From Promethearchaeota archaeon (GTDB taxonomy: Archaea > Asgardarchaeota > Hermodarchaeia > Hermodarchaeales > Hermodarchaeaceae): a stretch of 64,000 bases of DNA. A model generated the notes under the pieces. It was not told the DNA's origin, did no database searches, and was given only the letters and a program-made list of their open reading frames with translations. Every line of letters starts with the position of its first letter. The stretch's first letter is position 1. A program made the position numbers and the translations under genes. The stretch is from positions 1 through 64,000 of the forward strand of contig JBHLPH010000001.1 in the NCBI GenBank assembly GCA_048939625.1, given 5' to 3'. Positions 49,979 through 59,225 of this stretch are shown here, piece after piece.

Positions 49979-50032
49979 AATATTTCTGCGAGGCCAGGCG
50001 CAGAATATTGCGTTACCGAGGGCTTCGGTACG
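49979..50032. terminator. Twin hairpins between convergent genes
   Basis: AATATTTCTGCG/CGCAGAATATT and TACCGA/TCGGTA. Confidence 0.5.
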
Positions 50033-50044
50033 ATAAGGCGAGTA

Positions 50045-50614
50045 TTAATGATCAATGAGTTCTTGGAGTTTATCCTGGATTTCTTGGGCGAGTGGATGAT
50101 TAGGTTCTTTTTCTAAAAGCTGTTGAGCACGTTCTAGGTCATTGATGGCATCGAAGATAAAACCCGTTTGGCGTTGATGGATAGTTGCAGTCTTGTAGAG
50201 TAGTTCGATAGCCATTGACTCTTGTTCCAAAGCTAAGGAAAGATCGATGGCGTTTTCAACAGCTTGGGTAATATTAATCCAAATATCCTGGTTTTTATCG
50301 CGAACCGCAAAGAAGGAATTGGCAGCCGCCAGAAAAGAATCACGGGCGGCTTCTTGGCGACCAGCCTTTACCTCATATTCAGCGACTCGGAGATAACTTT
50401 TTCCAGCTTGAAGTGGAGCCTCAGCCGCGGTAAATCCAGTGGCTGCGTGGGACCAGAGCTGTTCAAGCTGATTCGTTTGTTGTGCCGCTTCCAGTTTTGC
50501 AGAGGCATTTTCAAATTCCGCGAAGGCGAGTTCGCGTTGCCCTTGGCGAATGAAATCCTCCGCATTTTCAAGATGTGCTTCAAGAACTCGGCGAAGGTCC
50601 TCTTCTTCGTTCAT
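50045..50614 (-). CDS. All-helical TPR-like protein resembling alpha-SNAP
   Basis: AGKSYLRVAEYEVKAGRQEAARDSFLAAANSF has the SNAP helical-repeat pattern; GGAGG SD. Confidence 0.62.
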   Translation of the reverse strand: MNEEEDLRRVLEAHLENAEDFIRQGQRELAFAEFENASAKLEAAQQTNQLEQLWSHAATGFTAAEAPLQAGKSYLRVAEYEVKAGRQEAARDSFLAAANSFFAVRDKNQDIWINITQAVENAIDLSLALEQESMAIELLYKTATIHQRQTGFIFDAINDLERAQQLLEKEPNHPLAQEIQDKLQELIDH

Positions 50615-50744
50615 GATTATCCTCCTTTACAAGGTGGGGTTAGTTACCCTTCCTACAAATAGGTATGGTGTCAGTCGTAAACATCAAATAAAAGAAAAGG
50701 GGAGGTCTGCATAAGAGAAAATACGATCCACGAAGGGAACTCCT

Positions 50745-51836
50745 GTGACACGAATTTGGTTTGATCCATTAACACCAAAACAAGCATTGTTTTGTAGTAA
50801 AATCGGTGAACGATTTGAGACTCAAGGCTTTGATGTCATTTACACCACACGCGATTATCCGGAGGTCACAGGAAAACTTAAACTATTAGGGTTATCCGCT
50901 GAGGTGATTGGAAAACATGGGGGAGCGGATCGCTTTAAGAAATTAATTGCGAGTGCAGAAAGAATCAAAGCCCTTGCTGAGTATGTCAATTCGAAGGCAA
51001 TAGATCTCGCCTTTAGTTTTGCATCTCCTGAAGGGGCGCGGGTTGCTTATGGATTGGGAATACCATATTTCACCGCGAATGATTCACCGCATTCACGTTT
51101 TGTAGCGAATTTGACAATTCCTTATGCTATATCATTATTTACACCCTGGATAATGGTACAGATTTGGTCGGATTTCGAAGTTTCCCCTCACCGAATCATT
51201 CCGTATCATGGACTGGATCCAGTCGCTTGGTTACAGGATTTCACTCTGGATACGAAAGTGTTTTCCGAACTCGGATTGTCACCAAATTCGGAGTACGTGG
51301 TCATTCGCCCAGAAGAGACTCAAGCCTCCTATTTGCATGAACATGCGAATGAACGAGAACCGGTTACGAATCCAGTAATCACAGCCATCGCAAAGGAGTA
51401 TCCCGCCCTCAAGATAGTTGTCTTATGCCGGTATCCTGGACACCGTAAAGCGACACGTGAATGCTTCGGAGATTCCGTAATAATCCCAGATGGTGTTGTT
51501 GACGCTACTAGCCTACTCTCTTCAGCTCAACTTCTTGTGGGAGCTGGCGGAACGATGAACCAAGAAGCCAGCCTTCTCGGAATCCCTGTCATCTCTTGTT
51601 TCCCCGGTGACCACTTGGCTACTGATCAATTCCTTGCGAAAAAGAAACTATTGTACCGAATTCTGAATCCCGACGATGTTGCTCGGAAAGCCGTAGAGAT
51701 TTTAGGTAATATCAAAGAATTCAAGGATGCCCATAGAAAACGTGCACAGAAACTAATGCAAGAAATGGAAAATCCAGCTGAAATTATCTACACTCATCTT
51801 TTATCGTTTGCTACTGAGAAACTAAAAAAGTCTTGA
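50745..51836 (+). CDS. DUF354 GT-B-fold protein
   Basis: IWFDPLTPKQ, IGKHGG, SPEGARVAYGLGIP, GAGGTMNQEASLLGIP. Confidence 0.85.
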   Translation: MTRIWFDPLTPKQALFCSKIGERFETQGFDVIYTTRDYPEVTGKLKLLGLSAEVIGKHGGADRFKKLIASAERIKALAEYVNSKAIDLAFSFASPEGARVAYGLGIPYFTANDSPHSRFVANLTIPYAISLFTPWIMVQIWSDFEVSPHRIIPYHGLDPVAWLQDFTLDTKVFSELGLSPNSEYVVIRPEETQASYLHEHANEREPVTNPVITAIAKEYPALKIVVLCRYPGHRKATRECFGDSVIIPDGVVDATSLLSSAQLLVGAGGTMNQEASLLGIPVISCFPGDHLATDQFLAKKKLLYRILNPDDVARKAVEILGNIKEFKDAHRKRAQKLMQEMENPAEIIYTHLLSFATEKLKKS

Positions 51837-51897
51837 GATTTATGAGGACTTGAGGAATTTAAAAAGAATCTACTCAAACGATGTATGAGGGGTTTAA

Positions 51898-52764
51898 GTG
51901 ACAAGAACCCGACAACATTGGTACACCATCGTTATAATTGTTGGACTTATCTTAGTGTCCAATACTTCCGCTTTAACAACCTCATCCCTAGCAGCATACA
52001 ATCCTAAGGTTGGGGACCTAACAGAGTACAATTATGGCTTCATCAACGTATTAAACAATCAATCAGCATCAGACATCAACTATTGGACTGACCTAGCCCT
52101 AGCAGAAAGCAATTACACTATGAAGTGGCATCAACACGTCAACCTGTCAATCCACGTCTCTCACATCACCTCCACCTGTTGTGATATCCACGCTTTTTAC
52201 AACTTCACTGTGAACATCTTCAATAACATTGTTACAATATTTAACAGCACATGGCAGACGACAGCCACTTTGAATGCGTCGGTGCCCACTCCAGCTCCAA
52301 CTGGCGTTAGCTCTGGATTAGTGGAAAATCCCACAACTCAAGGACTTCCAGGATTTTTCTTAGACGATGGAACCTTAAGCTCAATAATTCCAGGTTCGAA
52401 CATCCTAATCGGATCAAGTCGTTGGCAAACAGTAACCCAAACTAACTTTTCACTTGGGGGAAGTGAGCAGTTAAGTTACCACCTCTTTAACCGGAGCACA
52501 TATCCGAGCCAATTAATTGAAACCACTTTCGTCATTGACCAGGATACAGGGATATACTACCAGGCTAATGAAACAACTATTATCACGATTAACTCTTTGG
52601 ATACTACTCTCACTTACTATTATCAAGTAGTGAATTCATCCGTCGCTCTAGTTCCGCCACCAAGCCCCCTTCCCGCCTACATTGTCATTGCTGTAGCTAT
52701 TGTGATTGTGATCATCGTTGTTCTCTTAATGTTTCGACGATGGTGGCGTCGTCGGACCCAATGA
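51898..52764 (+). CDS. Cell-surface glycoprotein with C-terminal anchor
   Basis: Signal peptide, many N-x-S/T sequons, Pro linker, TM, RRWWRRR. Confidence 0.78.
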   Translation: MTRTRQHWYTIVIIVGLILVSNTSALTTSSLAAYNPKVGDLTEYNYGFINVLNNQSASDINYWTDLALAESNYTMKWHQHVNLSIHVSHITSTCCDIHAFYNFTVNIFNNIVTIFNSTWQTTATLNASVPTPAPTGVSSGLVENPTTQGLPGFFLDDGTLSSIIPGSNILIGSSRWQTVTQTNFSLGGSEQLSYHLFNRSTYPSQLIETTFVIDQDTGIYYQANETTIITINSLDTTLTYYYQVVNSSVALVPPPSPLPAYIVIAVAIVIVIIVVLLMFRRWWRRRTQ

Positions 52765-52892
52765 TGAATTAAGCCGTGCTTGATCCAGTAATCGATTATG
52801 TGTTTTACAGGCTTCATTAGAAGTTTTGCAACTTTTGAAACTGAGTCAAAACCCATTTATACGAACTTACGAACATCAGGACTGGGCTTGCT

Positions 52893-53942
52893 ATGATACA
52901 TTATCTGTATCATTTTCACAAAAGCGGACTCGTTTTGACTTCTATCGGATTTGGGTCCAAGGAAATGAGTGTAAGTCCTGAACTCGTCTCAGGATTTTTG
53001 TCAGCCCTACGAATGTTTGGACAGGACCTCTTAGCCGATGACGTCACAACCATAGAAACCGGTAACTTCCAGTTTGTATGGGACCTTGCCGATCCAGTTC
53101 TCAGCGTAGCGCTGGCTGACCGCGAAGATGATGATGTTGCGATTATGGCGGTTTTGAAAACACTGAACGCCCTATTCTTGGATCGTTACCAAAAAGAACT
53201 TCGCGGCTGGACTGGAGAGGTAGCCCTTTTTCGAGAATTCAATCCTGTTGCACGAGAGGTCGTACAGGACTATTTGCCTACCTTTGAAAAACCACAAGAT
53301 AGTGAGTTAAGACCTGCGATAATCCGGCTCTGGCGCCGCTTTGGACCCGGTCTAGATATTCTATTGTATGGACTGCTTCGAGGTGTCCCGATATTAGCTG
53401 TGGGGCGCAAATCAAGGAATCAATCTGTCATTCGTGCACTCCAAACCCTGCGTCGACGACGAATTCCCGTCATGTATTTCAACGATGCTGGAGCAGCCCT
53501 CCAAGTTTTACAGGATCGACCTGCAAATGTGTCCTTCATTCTAAGTCTTCCTAATCGGGCGTATGAAGACACCTTTGCAGATTCAGCTACAATGGGAATT
53601 CGATATGTCTGCTTATTGGTAGAAGAGCACATTGTATTACCAGTAGGTTTTGAAGCCAAACCCTTGGGTATCTCAGACAATGTAGCTCACGCTGAGAAGA
53701 TTTTAGGTCAAAGCGGTGCAGAGCTTCGTAACATCGCAGAAACTGCATTTATGACTATTTGGAACCGTATTGATGAAGTAGCAAATCTACTTGCTTATTC
53801 GGAAGCCATTCCAGATGACGAAGCAGCTCAACTTTTACGATTATCCAAGAACGATTTTTCCATCTTCAAAGAATTAGCAGTAGAAGGGGGATATGTACGG
53901 CGTGTCGGAAAAAGAGCCGATCAACAAAAACGAACGGAATGA
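52893..53942 (+). CDS. Longin-domain protein with a DENN-like middle domain
   Basis: YHFHKSGLVL...LVSGFLSALRMF (longin-type N-terminus); LLYGLLRGVPILAVG helix-strand motif. Confidence 0.65.
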   Translation: MIHYLYHFHKSGLVLTSIGFGSKEMSVSPELVSGFLSALRMFGQDLLADDVTTIETGNFQFVWDLADPVLSVALADREDDDVAIMAVLKTLNALFLDRYQKELRGWTGEVALFREFNPVAREVVQDYLPTFEKPQDSELRPAIIRLWRRFGPGLDILLYGLLRGVPILAVGRKSRNQSVIRALQTLRRRRIPVMYFNDAGAALQVLQDRPANVSFILSLPNRAYEDTFADSATMGIRYVCLLVEEHIVLPVGFEAKPLGISDNVAHAEKILGQSGAELRNIAETAFMTIWNRIDEVANLLAYSEAIPDDEAAQLLRLSKNDFSIFKELAVEGGYVRRVGKRADQQKRTE

Positions 53943-54438
53943 AGAAGACCCTCTGAGTTTTGAAAAGGTTCATGCCCTCCCCAAACGGTATTTCGAGTTA
54001 ATGAATTCAGGCAGTCAATTAGCCAAACATGGCAAGTTTGAAGAAGCGAAAACACAATTTGCTGAAGCTCGAAAGGAAGTAAGACGGATTATCCAACAGC
54101 TGTTGGAGATGCCAAAGACGAGTTCAGCTCGGATGTGGCAGTTCTTTGGTGTCCTTTGGGCCTTCAAGCTTATTAAAAGCGTGTTTTACTGGTTCCTAGC
54201 AAAAAGTGAAACCGTTGAGACAACTAAACAACGCAAGGAAATCCTAATGGCAGCAGTCGGGGCTCAGCAGATCGGAGCTGATTTGATCCCAGCCTTTGAG
54301 ACCCTGAATCAGAGTTTCAAGGGAGAAGACCTTGACCTACTCCCAATGCTCGGAGAAGCGATTCGAAATTATGAAGAGCGACAACGGATTTTGGTAAAAG
54401 CATTAGAAGAACAGGGACTAGATTTTCGGTTTGAATAG
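53893..54438 (+). CDS. All-helical TPR-like hypothetical protein
   Basis: GSQLAKHGKFEEAKTQFAEA; overlaps the end of the upstream gene. Confidence 0.6.
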   Translation: MYGVSEKEPINKNERNEEDPLSFEKVHALPKRYFELMNSGSQLAKHGKFEEAKTQFAEARKEVRRIIQQLLEMPKTSSARMWQFFGVLWAFKLIKSVFYWFLAKSETVETTKQRKEILMAAVGAQQIGADLIPAFETLNQSFKGEDLDLLPMLGEAIRNYEERQRILVKALEEQGLDFRFE

Positions 54439-54599
54439 GGCGTATTTTTTGAAAAAAACCCGATTTATATAGTTTATAAGGGAAAGCAGGGCGACCCAAA
54501 CCTTTTTAAAGGAGAAGGCGCCAAACCTCATTTTAGCGGCGTTTCTTCTCATTCTTTGAATAAAGGAGAAGCCGTTTCTTCAAGTTGGAGGAAAAAAAA

Positions 54600-54776
54600 T
54601 TGGCTGTTGATAAAATCGTTAAGAAAGCAATCGCTGCTAAGGCCCACAAGATGGGTTTCAACGTTTCGGGTGACGCCTACCAAGCGATCGATGATGCCGT
54701 TGAAGCACTCATCACTAAGGCGACCCATCGGGCCAAAGCCAATAAGCGTAAGACCTTGATGGCTTACGACTTTTAG
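54600..54776 (+). CDS. Short histone-fold protein (58 aa, truncated alpha3)
   Basis: NVSGDA...A..RAKANKRKTLMAYDF (RKTxxxxD); TTG start behind GGAGG. Confidence 0.88.
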   Translation: MAVDKIVKKAIAAKAHKMGFNVSGDAYQAIDDAVEALITKATHRAKANKRKTLMAYDF

Positions 54777-54815
54777 TTAATCCAATGACCGTTATTAACT
54801 AAGAAATTAAGGACT

Positions 54816-54863
54816 GGGACAATCTCGTCGGCGAGTGTGTTGCGGGGATTGTCCTCTTTTTTT
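54816..54863 (+). terminator. Hairpin plus U-tract terminator of the histone gene
   Basis: GGACAATC/GATTGTCC perfect 8-bp stem followed by TCTTTTTTT. Confidence 0.72.
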
Positions 54864-54885
54864 CTCTCCCATATGACCCTGCCAT

Positions 54886-55485
54886 CTATTCAGTCGGGAA
54901 TGAACTGACTCTTTGGGAACGATATCGTATCAAAAGTGGACTGATAACATAGTTACGAAGGAGTAAGTATAACGAGAGAAACGCTCCAACAAATCCAACA
55001 GCAATTGTCCCAAAGTACACAAAAACGGAGAGAAGACTTGGCAAGTAGGAGAAATCCCATGGAATCCCATATTGGTGGAGAAGAAGCAGAATTCCAAATC
55101 CAAAAGGTGCCGCAAAGGGAATAGTAAGGATTGGAATTAAAGTTGCGACGACTAGTAGAATCGACAGTATAACACCTGTAATGGCTAATGAAAGGATAAC
55201 CGGATCGAGGGGAATTCTTCCTAACCCCGAGAGAAAAATGAGGTATTCGTTGATATTCACAACAAGAGTCAACACGACTGTTGCCATGCAGGTACTGATT
55301 ATCCAACTAAAGAGATAACGAACCCAAGACACCTGCTCGGTTTCAATACCAAACAGGGAGAGAAAGGAATCGTTGTATTTGAAGACAAAAGGGATCCTAT
55401 CTCGAAGAAAGAGTAAGATGAAAGAAATAATGGTAAGAATTATCGTCGTGAGAAGCAGCCATAATTGGTGGAGGGCAAGACTCAT
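54886..55485 (-). CDS. Polytopic membrane protein
   Basis: About 5 TM; start moved to ATG 55485. Confidence 0.65.
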   Translation of the reverse strand: MSLALHQLWLLLTTIILTIISFILLFLRDRIPFVFKYNDSFLSLFGIETEQVSWVRYLFSWIISTCMATVVLTLVVNINEYLIFLSGLGRIPLDPVILSLAITGVILSILLVVATLIPILTIPFAAPFGFGILLLLHQYGIPWDFSYLPSLLSVFVYFGTIAVGFVGAFLSLYLLLRNYVISPLLIRYRSQRVSSFPTE

Positions 55486-55659
55486 GCGTAAGCACCTTTT
55501 TTTCTGAAACTCTTGGGGAGATAGGTTAGCTAAAAGCTTACGTGTTGGAAACCTATTCGTTTTTCGAACGAAATATGGGACGCAAGCGAGATTTTTAAAC
55601 TGTTGTACCAATTAAGAAGTACTACAGCGGAGAACTATTTGGATATCGGAGGAACTGGT

Positions 55660-56046
55660 ATGCCCTCAACCCTGGATTCGTTGACAAACATCTTAGAGGA
55701 GTTAAATAAGACTGGTCGAGTCAAAGCAAGTATCGTCGCAACCGATGAAGGATTCGTTATTGCTTCAGCAGTTAGCCGGGGAGTCGATGAAAAGGTTGCA
55801 GCAGCCATGGGAAGCTTTGTTTTCAACACTGCAGACCGGGCAAGAGATGAACTAGAACTTGGCCTGATCCGCGATATCACTATTCGATGCGAAAAAGGGA
55901 CCTTGGTATGTAAATCCACCTTATTAGAGGATAACCGACCGGTAGTTCTAGCTGCACTAGTACCCCGAAAAACCCGATTCTTCATTCGGGAAGTTAACAA
56001 CGCCTTACGAAGAATACGCGAAGTTCTAAGAGAGTTAGAAATTTAA
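55660..56046 (+). CDS. Roadblock/LC7 domain protein
   Basis: ASIVATDEGFVIAS...VAAAM..A.RA..EL.LG; ATG behind GGAGG. Confidence 0.9.
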   Translation: MPSTLDSLTNILEELNKTGRVKASIVATDEGFVIASAVSRGVDEKVAAAMGSFVFNTADRARDELELGLIRDITIRCEKGTLVCKSTLLEDNRPVVLAALVPRKTRFFIREVNNALRRIREVLRELEI

Positions 56047-56084
56047 TCTCACAGAACAGAAGTCACCTTACTAACTTGGGGTGA

Positions 56085-56822
56085 TTGTTTCTGGATAAAT
56101 TAAATGAGGAAGAGCGGATACTCACCTCCCTCAGGGATGGGTCACCACTTCGACAATTGTTGCTTGCAACAAAGGGCGAAACGGCGTTTCAGACAATCCA
56201 ACTCCCCGAAAACATTCAAAATCAAACTTTTTTACACACATTAGAATCAGCTCAGCTTCTTCACAAAGATGCAAATAGCTGGACCTTTCCAGGATATGCC
56301 AAGGTTCAAGTTGCCATTCGCGCTCTCCAGCTAGGAGAACCGAATCGAACAGTACTTTCAGCCTTAACCTGGCAGGAGTTCGAAGAATTTGTCGCTCGCG
56401 TATTAACTTTTCATGAATTCCAAGTGTGCCATCGATTTCGATTCTCAGATACTCGTCGGTATGAGATAGATATCCTAGCAGGTCGACAGCCGGTATTATT
56501 TTGCATTGATTGTAAGCAGTATGGTGTCCGATTGAATAAAGCATCGAGTCTTCGCACAGCAGCAGATGAACAACTACACCGAACCCGAGCCCTGGCAAAT
56601 GCCTTCGCTGAGTTTCAAGTGAAAATTGGCTGTCTTGACTGGTCTAGCCCTGTTCTCATTCCAATGCTTGTTACAATGCTCATTGAAGATATCCAATTTC
56701 ACGAAAAGATCCCAATTGTTCCCGCTTCACTCTTGAACGCTTTTCTTCTCAAATACGAAGAGCGCCTAGATTCTTTATGCACAGTAGAACCAAGTTCTAG
56801 TCGACAACTCCGCCTTATCTAA
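56085..56822 (+). CDS. Mrr-like PD-(D/E)xK endonuclease
   Basis: LTWQEFEEFVA, YEIDILA, IDCKQY, QLHR. Confidence 0.78.
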   Translation: MFLDKLNEEERILTSLRDGSPLRQLLLATKGETAFQTIQLPENIQNQTFLHTLESAQLLHKDANSWTFPGYAKVQVAIRALQLGEPNRTVLSALTWQEFEEFVARVLTFHEFQVCHRFRFSDTRRYEIDILAGRQPVLFCIDCKQYGVRLNKASSLRTAADEQLHRTRALANAFAEFQVKIGCLDWSSPVLIPMLVTMLIEDIQFHEKIPIVPASLLNAFLLKYEERLDSLCTVEPSSSRQLRLI

Positions 56823-57150
56823 GCAGCCGTGGAGTTCCCCCATTTTTCGCAATGGCGCAATTGAGAATCCACAAAAAATCTTCAAGAAGCCTCAGTAACT
56901 GATCGAGATTCTGATGAGATCCAGAAGAAAGCATTGAGCCACTCTCATTGATAATAGAATGGCCTTCTTGGACTAGGAATACGTGGATGTGTTCAAGGTT
57001 GTGAAAGAGCCTATTTAATTCAGTTAGGCGTTCTTGCGTGATACGTTTCTCGCCGATCCCACGACCAGGTCCACGTCGTCGACCTTGTTTTAGATCTGTC
57101 TCACGATCTAATATCGTTGGAGATTTGGCTTGTTTATGGGGTTCTTGCAT
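56815..57150 (-). CDS. Hypothetical protein
   Basis: GGAGG SD; 21 nt downstream of the co-oriented regulator-like gene. Confidence 0.6.
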   Translation of the reverse strand: MQEPHKQAKSPTILDRETDLKQGRRRGPGRGIGEKRITQERLTELNRLFHNLEHIHVFLVQEGHSIINESGSMLSSGSHQNLDQLLRLLEDFLWILNCAIAKNGGTPRLLR

Positions 57151-57171
57151 TTTCTTCCTCCTATAAATTGA

Positions 57172-58935
57172 TTAACCGGTAAAATGCACACTTCCTGTCT
57201 CCTGAATTTCTCGGACCTGTGATTCAAGATGATCAAATGCGGTTGGTAAGTATTCACGAAACCATTGCCATTGCCCCAACTCAGTATTGAATTGACAGCG
57301 TTGTCGAACCTGATTCATGATGAAATCTTTCGCACCACTTCCATAGAATACAGCTGCATCGAAGTCAGTTTGTTCAAGAAAAAGACGATTGAGTTCTCTT
57401 TCTACTTTGAGTGCTAAGCCTATTGGTAAACCAAAAGCAACAATACAGCCTGGAGTTGGATGATGAAATATGGAGCCCCCGTATAGAGGAGCTTCGCGAC
57501 AGCCTGAGAGGAAATTGCGAACTACTTCTTCACTCCCTTCGAGTATGATGAAGAGCGTTTCATTCAGTCCAAGATGATACATTGACAAATCTGGGCGTTT
57601 AAATAACACCTCTTGTGTGATTAATGATTTGAGATGTCGCCGAACAACGTGGACTGATTGACCTAGAATTAAGGCGAGGTCTTCCGCTGTTGTATCAGGT
57701 TTGACCTGCGATAGGATTTGATATGCAAGAGGGTCTAAATCTGCAGGATCGACATTAGGTTCAGCGTACTTGTAAATATAGGGTTGGCTTAGGATCTCCC
57801 CATACCCTTCTCGAATTAGAACATCACGAAGATACCGTACCCAGGCTACCCATCTAAACCTTTCTGACACGGGGACATCTGCTTCGTGGGCGAGATAGCT
57901 TCGAAGGTTATAGCCATTGAAAACGCCACTTAAGGGGTAGAAACGGTAACGGAGAAGATGACCTAACCCTACCAATTCTTGTAACCATTCTTGCAGTCGT
58001 CGAAGGCGTAATCGGGGGAGGGTGTAACTGAGAAGAAAGGGAGCACCACTTCCTCCGAATCTGTGAATTTTCCGGAGGTAGGGACATTGTTCAAAATATC
58101 GTGATACCCTACTTCCAGGGGCAGGATAAGCAAGGACTGCAATATGGTTTAGTCGTATTCGTGGATAGTTTATGCGGAAGTATCGGGAGAAAAGGAGTTT
58201 TTCACGAAAACTGGCCAGGTAGTTGCTTAAGCTTCCTAGAGAATATGATGAAATTTGTTGGAGCTGTCGAAGAGTCGATGTGGGATTTTCGATCATCAAA
58301 TGAAGAACGCGTAATTCTTGTTCGTTCAAGGGGGAGGCATAATTGAGCATAAATGTCTCCAGTAACTCAACATATTCTCGTGAGGTTAGAGGAGTGATCG
58401 CAGGTTCGAGTTCATCGAAATGAGGAAGGATTCGTTTGAGAAATGTTCCTTGGGTTACTCGGTTGAATAGGGGGAAAGAGTACGGTGCATTGTAGATTGT
58501 GTCGCCAAAAAACTGGCGTGGGGAAACTACTTGCCATAATTTCATGAGTTGGCTGAGATTAGGTTGAGCGGTGTGATGATAGGCACATAGGATGCCTAAA
58601 TCCCCACTTTCGGGAACACCCTTTACTACAGAGGGAATCAAGGTTGTGTACATTTCTCGGTAGAGGACTGTTTTAAGAAGGAGAGGACGAGTCAGGAGTT
58701 GAGAAGCGATACGGAATTTTCCCGCTCCGTATGAACCACAGAATCGTGGGCTTGTAAGAGTGTCATCGTCATAAAACTGAATTCGCGTAGGTAGGAGTGG
58801 TGAACGGTCTGTCAACTCAGTGATTTCTCGCTGAATGGTTTTCAATTGCTTCGTGATTTCCTGCCGATGGTGCCGACGTTGATTCGTGGTGAGTTTTTCT
58901 TTTGCAGTATGTTGTGTACGTGCCGTAGTCGCCAA
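57172..58935 (-). CDS. Large regulator-like protein with tandem Lrp-type wHTH modules (paralogue of 13043-15076)
   Basis: LMIENPTSTLRQL..SLGSLS, INYPRIRL, LDPLAYQIL..AEDLALILGQSVHVVRRHL. Confidence 0.7.
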   Translation of the reverse strand: MATTARTQHTAKEKLTTNQRRHHRQEITKQLKTIQREITELTDRSPLLPTRIQFYDDDTLTSPRFCGSYGAGKFRIASQLLTRPLLLKTVLYREMYTTLIPSVVKGVPESGDLGILCAYHHTAQPNLSQLMKLWQVVSPRQFFGDTIYNAPYSFPLFNRVTQGTFLKRILPHFDELEPAITPLTSREYVELLETFMLNYASPLNEQELRVLHLMIENPTSTLRQLQQISSYSLGSLSNYLASFREKLLFSRYFRINYPRIRLNHIAVLAYPAPGSRVSRYFEQCPYLRKIHRFGGSGAPFLLSYTLPRLRLRRLQEWLQELVGLGHLLRYRFYPLSGVFNGYNLRSYLAHEADVPVSERFRWVAWVRYLRDVLIREGYGEILSQPYIYKYAEPNVDPADLDPLAYQILSQVKPDTTAEDLALILGQSVHVVRRHLKSLITQEVLFKRPDLSMYHLGLNETLFIILEGSEEVVRNFLSGCREAPLYGGSIFHHPTPGCIVAFGLPIGLALKVERELNRLFLEQTDFDAAVFYGSGAKDFIMNQVRQRCQFNTELGQWQWFREYLPTAFDHLESQVREIQETGSVHFTG

Positions 58936-59225
58936 GCGTTGATTCGCCCCCTGCTCAGCGGTTACCCTTGAAAGAAATTGAGAGCCCTTGCTTTTTATTT
59001 AAAGTCCACGACGGGGTGTCGATAAATGTTGGAATTCCCTTAGAATTACAATTTAACTGACCTGAATGTTTTTTTTCTATTTTTAGATATTTTTAGGCTT
59101 CTTTAATAAAAAAAGTCGACTTAGACGCCGTTTTATATTATAAATTGAGACGATCCTACTTCTTTACTGGATAAATCTTTCATCAAGAAAAAAATGAAGC
59201 GTGATATTGCTATCAAGAAAAGAGC

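Noticed and set aside
58940-59220. AT-rich intergenic region as a replication origin
   Set aside because: No repeated ORB consensus and no adjacent cdc6/orc1 gene
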